DNA of 63,027 nt, the filler included, from Bigelowiella natans CCMP2755 (Eukaryota > Protista > Cercozoa): assembly GCA_000320545.1 (NCBI GenBank). It is 5 parts of 5 records of this genome, joined end to end, with 100 filler letters (N's around TTAATTAATTAA, not from the genome) between each part and the next. Parts side by side here need not be neighbours in the genome. Positions count along the whole stretch, not along the records: positions 28,084 to 30,271 come from ADNK01003675.1; positions 30,372 to 60,302 come from ADNK01002936.1; 3 more parts are not named here. One strand, given 5' to 3'. Made by a program: the position numbers and the translations under genes. Position 1 is the first letter of the stretch. Each line of letters opens with the position of its first letter. This document shows positions 27,984 to 37,749 of this stretch, piece after piece. A model generated the notes under the pieces. That model did no database searches, was not told where the DNA came from, and saw only the letters and a program-made list of their open reading frames with translations.

Positions 27984-28083
27984 NNNNNNNNNNNNNNNNN
28001 NNNNNNNNNNNNNNNNNNNNNNNNNNNTTAATTAATTAANNNNNNNNNNNNNNNNNNNNNNNNNNNNNNNNNNNNNNNNNNNN
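27984..28083. other. Assembly gap with artificial spacer
   Basis: N-run containing TTAATTAATTAA. Confidence 0.97.
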
Positions 28084-28139
28084 TGTCTCTCTCTCTCTCT
28101 CTCTATGTGTGTGTTATAGATAGCGTGTATGTGCATGAC

Positions 28140-28352
28140 TATGCGCGCGAGCGCTGAATCTTTCTCCATTTCATCGCCCTCAATACGCAGATCGAGAGTG
28201 AGATCTTCTAGAACTCTCGCGCCCACTCCCACGCTGTAATCCTCGATTGCGCTCTCCTGCGTGGGGGGCGAGGAGGAGGGGGAAATTAAAATTGTGAGAG
28301 GGGGCGAGGGGGGGGCTCAGTAAACTGAAAGGATTTTAAGATAAGCCGTTCC

Positions 28353-28394
<42 letters not shown>

Positions 28395-28646
28395 TATTAC
28401 TACTTTATTCACACATATGTGCTAACGGTGCTTCTCATATACACGAAGCCACCCTAACTCGCACCTTCAAGGCCTCAAATTCCTGGATTATCTCGACCGA
28501 GAGCTTCTTCGACTTGGAGTCCGCACCAGCAATGACCTCCCGTAACCTCTCCCTCTCCTGATGAATAGCGGCGCAATTGAGTTATGAAATGCTAAAGAAA
28601 GGAAAAATCTAATTATATTATAGCCTCTCTCTCTCTCTCTCTCTCT

Positions 28647-28686
<40 letters not shown>

Positions 28687-28843
28687 TGATATGTATGTTG
28701 TATATATATATATAATGCAAATCTTTATATAATATCAGCTCGTATCCTTCGCGATTAATACCTTCACATTCATTTCATAGAGCTGCTGGCACTCGGAGAG
28801 GTAGTCTTCCACAGCCTAAGTAAAGAGCATCGTTTATCATCTA

Positions 28844-28878
<35 letters not shown>

Positions 28879-28968
28879 TACTATCGTACTACCAAAACAA
28901 ACGTGCGCGTGCATATTTATGCAAAGGTATGATAAAATGGTTTATATATTCATATTTCTATTTATTTG

Positions 28969-29009
<41 letters not shown>

Positions 29010-29312
29010 CTATTTTCGTGCGCGTGTGCGTTTAAAAGCTTGCCGCCTGCACCTTTTTGAATTCGTTCTTGTACTTTATCATAACCTGGTTGGGATGCAT
29101 CAAAACACAGCAATAGAGGTGCGCGGATGAGGAGGAATACTCGTTATATAGCGACGTACGCATGTGCGCCAACCAACTTTACCTCCTGTTTAAATCCAGC
29201 GATGCCATGGAAAATGCTGATTGTGTCTGCATAGAACTTGTCTTGCGCGAGCATGTCGTCGTAAAGAGTCCTCATTCCTTTGCAATTTTCATTTATGTGT
29301 TTTAATTTATCA

Positions 29313-29357
<45 letters not shown>

Positions 29358-29845
29358 TTCAAAGCATAGAATCTTCCACATACGCCTGTGCTAGTATGAT
29401 GTTCGTGGTAGAAAATAGCACGGCTAAAGACCAGGACCCTCCATCTTCAAGGGAGATTTCTATCGCTCATGTGACAAAATGACGATCTTGACAAGAGCCG
29501 CCGCCATGTGGATGTACCATCTCCCAAATCCCTCTCCCCCTCCCTTCAAGCTCTCGGCTCTCTCCTTTACCTGAGACGTTCACTTCAGAATCTTTCTTCG
29601 CGAAAGCTTCCTTCTCTTCAACGATCTGTGGATGGTTTAAAAGACGCATCAGCGGAAGTGACACCCATGTATGCATACATGCATGCACTGAAGGGGCGAT
29701 CTCTGCCTCGCTGGCGAATAGCTACTACCTGTTGCTCCTCTGCGTTCTTCTTCTCGTCTTTTACCAACCTGTCCAGATCTGAACATCGAAATGTACGTTA
29801 ATAGGGAATAAACTGTGCACGCGCATTTATGAATAGAAATATAAG

Positions 29846-29923
<78 letters not shown>

Positions 29924-30060
29924 TCTCACCTGAGGGATAGTAATCCTTCTGTTCTGGCGTTGGCTGGAGCAGCTTGAAGTCAAGGTATTGCACGTGCGGG
30001 AGAAATGCAATGACGCTGGAGATATAGCTGTCGTTTCGAGACACAGGATTCCCTGGCAAG
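28140..30060 (-). CDS. DRC3: Dynein regulatory complex subunit 3 (LRRC48)-like protein, internal fragment
   Basis: LRR cap GNPVSRNDSYISSVIAFLPHVQYLDFK, followed by coiled-coil exons MRTLYDDMLAQD, IFHGIAGFKQE, KYKNEFKK and KKLSVEIIQEFEALK, colinear with DRC3 as I recall it. Bounded by gaps on both sides. Confidence 0.65.
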
Positions 30061-30271
30061 TTTTCCAGGAAGGGAGGGGGGGGGGGGCGCATACAACGCG
30101 TCTTCTTATCTCCTTCGAGAACTTTTCCTGGATGGGACGCGCTTCGTAGTTACACCATGCCTTCTCCCCTACAACAATCATACGTGCATGGCCATGTATG
30201 CGAGGTGTGGGAGGGAGGGAGAGAAAAAGACCTTAAAACTCCTCCGACATTCCAGAACCCCCCGCCCCCTG

Positions 30272-30371
30272 NNNNNNNNNNNNNNNNNNNNNNNNNNNNN
30301 NNNNNNNNNNNNNNNTTAATTAATTAANNNNNNNNNNNNNNNNNNNNNNNNNNNNNNNNNNNNNNNNNNNN
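30272..30371. other. Assembly gap with artificial spacer
   Basis: N-run containing TTAATTAATTAA. Confidence 0.97.
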
Positions 30372-30515
30372 TGTAGCAGCTGGTTTCCTCTCCCTCATGA
30401 CTGTATTACTCGTCATCATTATCATAAACTTCGGTTTTGCCGCCGCCGCCGCCCCTCTGTCCCCCCCCCTCCCCCTCCCTAACCCTCTCTCCCTTACTCC
30501 TCTGCGCTCTCGCAG

Positions 30516-30834
30516 GGAAGGCGGAGATGCGCGACTATCTACGAAAGCACTTCCTCTCGTACAACACGCTCAGCATGATCCGACAAATGAAGCGCCAGTT
30601 CCGAGACCTCCTCACCTCCATCGGCTTCCTCAAGAGAGCGGGGGGGGCGAGGAGGAAGAAGGGAGGAGGGGGCGGGGGCGAGGAGGGTAGTGGTAGCTCT
30701 AACAAAGCCGAAACGGCGAGGAAGACACGAGTGTTGTGGGAGGAGCGAAGGATCGACGTGAGCGATGGTGATGATAAGCAGCAGCCCTCTTGAGACCGAT
30801 GCTCTGCTACTGCAACCACTGCTCCCTATTTCCA

Positions 30835-30881
<47 letters not shown>

Positions 30882-31034
30882 TGTGTGTGTGCGTGTGTGT
30901 CTTTCTATCGCTTCTCCTCGATCTATGCATATACCCACATGTGAGGAGCATTCCCCTGTCCGCAGCACCCTTTTTAGTTATCTGATGAAACCAAAAAAAA
31001 AAAAAGGGGGGGGGGGATACTGCTCCACGGTCCT

Positions 31035-31071
<37 letters not shown>

Positions 31072-31487
31072 ATTTTCACACACTCAGCGACTACCAAATA
31101 CGAATCCGATTTTATAGAGGAGACACTAACTTAGTGTGGTCATTCGTGGCCATCATCGTCTTTTCCCTGGCTGCTGTTTCTGTTGTTGTTGTTGTTGTTA
31201 TTCCTTCATACTACATCTATCCTTAGGAAATGCATATACAAAGGACAGCTTCATGGAGGTGTACGGAGGTAGTAGCAGTAGTAGTAGTAGTAGTAGTATG
31301 GAGGAAGAAGAAGAAGATGATGAAGAAGAAGAAGAAGAATAAAAGATCACGAAAGAGCAGACGATGCTCATCGTAAACACGATAAGGACGCGTTCAGCTA
31401 GGGAGAGAGGAGAGAAAGTGAGCGAGGGAGGAGGGGGGAGGGGGGGAAGGGGGAGATTCTATACCCGTCATCATCGCCATCGTCATT

Positions 31488-31521
<34 letters not shown>

Positions 31522-32278
31522 GCGTAATCGTCAATACACTAAGCCACGTTATCAAATATAAAGGGCTGAAGGAGTGGGATACGGCGAAGGTCGGCACCCC
31601 GTTGGAACGGCGGATTGACCCAGCAGATGGTACTAGTAAGAGCACTACTAGTAGTCGTCGTAGCAGTAGTTGTTGTTGTAGTCGAGAGTTGTTGTTGCCT
31701 TCTATGATGGCCGTTGGCACTCCCAATTCCGGCGGCGTGGGGAGCGCGGTCACCGACGAATTGACGTGACTTCGCCCCCGCACAATACGGATGCGGACAA
31801 CGACCACGGACCTTTTCCTCCTGCCCGGCAGTCCTCATGTTTGCCCTGTGTGCTTTTCCTCGGCCCTCCTCCTCCTCCTCCTCCTCCTCCTCCTCCTCCT
31901 CCTCTCCGGCTGCTTTGTCAGGCAAAGCATACACACGCAAGGACTTCATCGATTGCTATGGGGGGCTGAAAGAGTGGAAGAGGGCGGGCGGGGAAGATCA
32001 GGTCGTCGCGGTGGTGAAAGATAATTGCATGTGATGATGATGATGATGCCGATGACGGTGATGATGAGGAGGAGGAGAGGAAAATATGGGAAGAAGCTCA
32101 TAAGCTGTTGTTTTTTGGCTACATCCCTACAAGAGCGCACAGAAGAGGGAGAAGCTCATGAAGTCGCGGGCGCGCGCTGCGCTGGCAGAGGCGGAGGCGT
32201 TTGAGCACGCCAATGCGATGGACGAGAATAAGGATAATCTCCGGTTTGGCGATGATTCACCTGCAGCATTCTCTCTTT

Positions 32279-32326
<48 letters not shown>

Positions 32327-32997
32327 CTCTTTTCTCTCGATCTTCCTATTATCTGATTATATCGGTGAATGTACCACATGTGCCTAATAGCGAACTGCTC
32401 CATCAATGTCTTGTTCTTTGGCGCTCTTGGCACTTCTCTTTGCCGTCGTTGTCGTTGTCCCCTCTCTCCTCTTTTCTTCTCTATATCCCTCGCGGAACGA
32501 TCAGACTGCTCCGCGCGGTGTTAGTCGCAGGGCTGTATCCGAACGTGGTCCGGGTATTCGCATAAGCACACACACAGACACACACATGCACGCACGCACA
32601 CGCCTCAAGGGGTTGAGGGGGGTGGGGGAAGAGTAGGCGAGCGATGTTTGAACGAGTAATGCTGAGACGTCGTATGCTGCTAGATCCAAGCTCCAGACAA
32701 GGACAAATCGAAGGATAACAGCAGCAGCAGCAGCAGGAAACCTCAGGAGGGCAGAGGGGGCGGAGACTCGAAAGTTGAGGTAGAAATCCTTGCAGAAGGC
32801 AGTTTACTTTTGAGTATTGATGAATGCGACCTCGCACGCGCGCGCGCACACTCACTATTGCGCGACGCATTGTGATTCTTTGTGAAAAAGCCTATTCTGT
32901 TTTGATGATTCGTTTGTTTTCCATTCTGTTCAGAATATTATCATCGATATCATAATCATCATTATCATCACCATCATCATCATTACTACTACGGCTG

Positions 32998-33029
<32 letters not shown>

Positions 33030-33291
33030 CTTTAGGTGAAGTTCTTTGCCAGAAACGGCGCTGTGGTACAACCTCTTCCTGATTTTTCATTCGCAAACAA
33101 ACGTGGATATGCCAATCTTAAACGAAATGCCGTGTGTGCCAGGGCCACTTCGCCTTCCCCCCCCTCCCTCCGAAACTGCCATCTCTCTATTCAAGATGCT
33201 GTTGGAATCAACACACATCGCTTTCATCGTTATCTGTTCCTTTCAACCGCATGGTCGATGAGTGCAGCCGCTAGATTCTTTCTTGCAATCT

Positions 33292-33323
<32 letters not shown>

Positions 33324-34060
33324 AATCATCATCATCGCTGCCATCAGGATGTACACCCTGCCTCGGTGCTATGGGGCGAAAGCACGTTTCGATACCCCTT
33401 CTTGATATATCACGAGAAAGTCAAGACGAGCAAGGTACAGAATATGGGTACTCGCTCTTGCTCAGGGGTGGAAACTCGTCATTGAGTTGCTTTCCCGGTG
33501 ATTTCGGCTCTTTTTGGTCAGGTTTATCTTCGTGATGCTACCATGATTACGCCGTATTCGCTGCTGCTATTCGGCGGCAACATCATGGTCAGTTCCGTCA
33601 CATTTAACGTTAAAGCGCACGCGTGTCTGTGAGAGACGGGGGGGGGATGCAACAATCACGAGATTGGGTTAATAGCGCACACGCACGCGCCAATTACATC
33701 AAGTTTACGGTAGAAAAGTGAGCTGGCAATAACGATGAGGCTTGTCTCATCAGGTATCACATGCGGAGGGCTCTGTGACAGTCGATAGCTGGATCAAATT
33801 CAATGTTCCTCCTGCGCACGCGGTATGAGCACATCATCTCCCATCTTCCTACACGGAAATCAATTCATCCCAACGCGACTGTTTCATCGGGGGGGAACTC
33901 ATCGTGCGATTGCCTGGAACCTTAGGTTTTAATTCACAAGCTACGGCTGGAGATAGCGAGCTTGCTACAGCGCAAGATCGAGGACCCTGCCTTCAATGCC
34001 AGCGACGTCAAATCTACGAAGGTCATCCAAGCTGTTTCACAGTTAATGAAGTCGGAATAG
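30516..34060 (+). CDS. DEAH-box RNA helicase (DHX36/DHX57-like), C-terminal ratchet and OB-fold portion, multi-exon
   Basis: HFLSYNTLSMIRQMKRQFRDLLTSIGF, LLRAVLVAGLYPNV, VHPASV, FLIYHEKVKTSKVYLRDATMITPYSLLLFGG, VDSWIKF and LLQRKIEDP. Stop TAG at 34058-34060. Confidence 0.88.
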
Positions 34061-35339
34061 CTTCAAAGCGGGATAGCCAGATTTTGCATTTTCGGCGGAA
34101 GATTACGGAGCATTGACGCTTCAATAGCTTGTTACGTCATTATTCTTTGTATCAATTCAGCGATGTGCGCGCAACTATAGCGCCGCGATGGTAAACATGC
34201 TCTGTGATGTCTGCTAGTGCACACAGCTAGACAGCGTTGCAGGGGCATTAATGATTACAATGACTCTACATCATCAACCTCCATGCATCACACATCGCAG
34301 ACACTGCTGCTATGCTAGCTATGGCTGAAATGATGACCAGATGACTATGAATCAATCACATGCTCACACCTTTCTAGCTTTAGCCCTTTAGATCTAGAGA
34401 GATACATGCTAGCATGGGCACAACAGAGAGGTAGCTATGATGTGTAGCGTACAATCGATATGTCTATTCATCTAGACATCTAGACATGCACAGCTAGACA
34501 GCTAGCTAGCTAGACATTCTAGCATTCTCTGAACCTAGACGTCGAACACCTTCTTCAATTACATATCTAGACATGCTAGCATGTCTGCTATATAATTGCA
34601 TGTCTATCTAGCCATCATCCATCTAGCTTTAGAGCTGTCTAGCTGTCTAGCTATCTAGCTGTCCCTAACGCATAGCACATCAAGCTGTGCGACGTCGTCC
34701 GCACGTACTAGTCTAGCTAGCTAGTAGTGTAGTCGGAATGGATGGAGGCAATCATTCACATCATGCGTGCAAACATCTCTGGCTAGCTATCTAGATCTCT
34801 AGATCTAGACATTTGTGCAAGCTAGCAAGGCATGATCAGCAAAAACACCAGCATCATCATTACAACAAGGGACTATCCTTGTTAGAGACGCTCTCTCGCG
34901 TAGGAGTCGACAGACCTAGAGACAGTGACTGCATCTAGAAACCTCTAGACCTAGACATCTCTAGATCTAGACATCTAGATGTGTTCATAGTCTGTTTGCA
35001 GACAAAACGCAGGCATACGCTACGCGACAGATGATAGCGAATATGTAGTCGGATGCCCACATCCTGCTGCCAAATTCTTTGTAACATAAACTATGTGAAG
35101 TCTGAAGGGGGTATGCATGTCTAATCTCATACCACGGAAGAAACTATGTGCACAGAGGGGCTACATATGAAATGTATTGTGAACACATTGTGTTTATTGA
35201 AGAAGAACTTCAATAACAACTGTTGCTATCTTATATCTTATAGGTCTCACAGCCATAGCCAACTGAAGGAAACATACTCGTTCACTTTGGCAAAATGATC
35301 TTTGTTGATAAGCGAGCGGATTACTATATTAACAAATTT

Positions 35340-36783
35340 TCAGGTCGTTCTGCTCTTCGGCAAATGTCTTCCAAAGTTTTTAAGCATTAATGCTTTCTCA
35401 TCAACAAAATCAGCTACATCCTCGAGGGTGTATGCAAAATGTCGAATGCTACTTCCAAGCTTCGAGAAATATCGGTCAAAGCTCGCTTCAAGATTCCCTT
35501 CGATAAAAACTGGGCCCTCATCAGTGACTGCCCAATCCCATCCAATGAAAGGAAATTCTGACGCCTTATCATGAAAATTTTGGGTGGCCAGGAGGATGTT
35601 TTTATGCCAGGGAATTGTTAGTTCTGTCCCGTTTTCCAGCACACAACCACCCGTCTTTGAATCAATTTCATATGCTTTATTTTCAGGCTCATTAGAAAGC
35701 TTATCACCTACCAAAATGCATGAATAAATTCCATGTTCTCGACATTTCCATCTCTGCGTCCAAACACGAACCGTGACTAACGAGTGATTGCTACCGAATA
35801 TTCTACGAAGAGTAGAATGATTTTTAAGAGGTTCCTCGAAAACAAGATGCTTCAATAGATTTGGTTTCGATTCTTTTACTTCATCCCTCCGCAAAATTTT
35901 ACAGTCTTCACCCCATCCACTGTAGCGATTCTTTACAAAAATGGTGTTTGGAATCGAGACCCGAGATTGAGACGGTCTCAGCACTTCACTGATTTTGAAG
36001 CGTTTGGTCATTCCAATTAAAGGATGCATTTTGACGGCATGCTTTTTGAAGAATAAATACTGTAATTCCTTATCAACGAACATTTCGAATTTTTCCGGGT
36101 AGAGCTTCCTCAAATACAAAATGTCGACAGCAACATGAAGGCTATTCCAGCACCAAGGTTGAGTTAGAAATAGAAGAGGAGCTATCACGCCATTGAAGAT
36201 AGTTAACCTAACATGTTATCAATAATTCGTATTGCACGAAATGAGAGATGGGATACTTTGCATTTATCTGAACGGTATTTCAATGGACGACTTAAGTTCA
36301 CCGTGTTATCCACTGCACAGTCTCCCACGAAAATGTTGTGGATTTTTGGACCTCTCGACAGAACATGTACTGAGTACTGTGTAGAATAACGTTGCCTTCT
36401 TTGTCTACATGCCGATAGCATGTCTTTATTGGCATTGGATCTTGTTTTTTTCTCGCAAGATTTTGAATGAGAAGCATACACTTGACAAGACAGCTAACTT
36501 TTTTCTGCAAGTGAGTTGCAAATGCAATGCATTGCTGGGGAGAAATCCATTTACAGCCGCGAGAAATTACAAATTCTCGACCTCGGTTGCCACCCGATTG
36601 GTGTTTTGTTTTCAAAATAGCTGATTGGAACTGGAAGCCGAAGCAGTAATCGGGTCTTTTTGAGGTCAGTAAAAATGCAAAGAAAGCCAATACAGACATC
36701 AAGATTGAGGCGACAAATGCCACAAAGAAATTCTGAATTGCTAAACACTTCAAATAAACATCGGCACATGTAGTGAATTTCAC
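35340..36783 (-). CDS. Sugar-transfer-associated ATP-grasp family protein with an N-terminal hydrophobic segment
   Basis: IFVKNRYSGWG, VFEEPLKNH, SLVTVRVWT, IDSKTG, IPW and FPFIGWDWAVTDEGPVFIEGN. An in-phase GT-AG intron at 36208-36301 joins upstream ORF 36298-36783 (TM-like FFVAFVASILMSVLAFFAFLL). The start is uncertain. Confidence 0.72.
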
Positions 36784-37384
36784 TCGATTCTACACCACCA
36801 GAGTAGGTCATGTTGGACGACAGTGACGCAGTCTCGTTGCTAGGTATTGAACAATCACTCATCGCGCGGTTCGTCTTAAAATGGTGACTGACAACTGCTG
36901 TCACTGCCAGTAGGTGATTGATGGAGCAACAGCCACCAAGCTTTTCACTGCTTCTTTCTGAGCATCGGAGAATTCGCAATCCTACTGTTGCACCACAGAG
37001 TTCAAATCACCACCAGCAGCCAGGCCATATTGCCAACAGCATATCCTACAAGCCTGCTTTCGGATCGGAATCAGTGCAGCACAATCTGTTGACAATGGAA
37101 CATGACCGTTTTTCATCCTGCGACAATGAAATTGAGCACAAAGAACAAAAGAAGAAAAACCGCCCAAACCAAAGGGCACCTGTCGTGCATTGCATTGTGG
37201 CAACGACCAGCGGCTAGCAGTATGTTACAAGTAGCCCGGTCATCATCGCCCGCTGATGAAAAGCCTGCAGCATGAATCAAATGAGCTGCAAGAATTCCAC
37301 CACATGGTCTTTGTCTGCTGCCGTCTAGCCGCGTCGTAGTGCGCGTTCGTTCATCGTGCAAGCAGCTGCGATTGCACACGATGC

Positions 37385-37710
37385 TGTAGCGCGTACCACT
37401 ACGCGGGCACAAGTCACGTGCGACAACAAAGGGGTTGTCGCGGATATAGAATATAGATAACGTAGATATTAATACAGCATAGGCACGTGGGTTCCGGCGG
37501 GACTCATGGCAGCACACCGGAAGTGTGCTGCCCCACGTGCGGCGGCATTCGCGAAAGCTTCGCGAATGATTACGCAGTGCACGATTTAATAAAAATATAA
37601 TCTTTAATAAAAATAAACACAACTCTTCAAAAGGAAGCAAACGTGCCTTTCCCCCCCCCTGCCTACTTGTGCACGTAGCGCCTCGGCCTGTGAACACCTT
37701 ACGCGCAACA
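37385..37710 (+). repeat. 5' LTR
   Basis: TGTAGCGCGT...ACGCGCAACA, a direct repeat of 40519-40844. Contains a duplicated TTTAATAAAAATA and several hairpins. Confidence 0.95.
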
Positions 37711-37715
37711 ACCTT

Positions 37716-37733
37716 TGGCTTCCACACACGGGA
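37716..37733 (+). promoter_or_regulatory. Putative primer-binding site
   Basis: TGGCTTCCACACACGGGA starts 5 nt after the LTR. Its reverse complement ends in ...GGAAGCCA, like a tRNA 3' end. Confidence 0.6.
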
Positions 37734-37749
37734 AACGATTTGACTAACA

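Noticed and set aside
37385-37710. Possible hammerhead ribozyme (retrozyme) in the LTR
   Set aside because: No CTGAnGA core is seen on either strand of the LTR.
37113-37727. 204-aa and 143-aa (40472-40903) minus-strand ORFs with identical cores
   Set aside because: They are antisense readings of the two LTRs and show no protein features.
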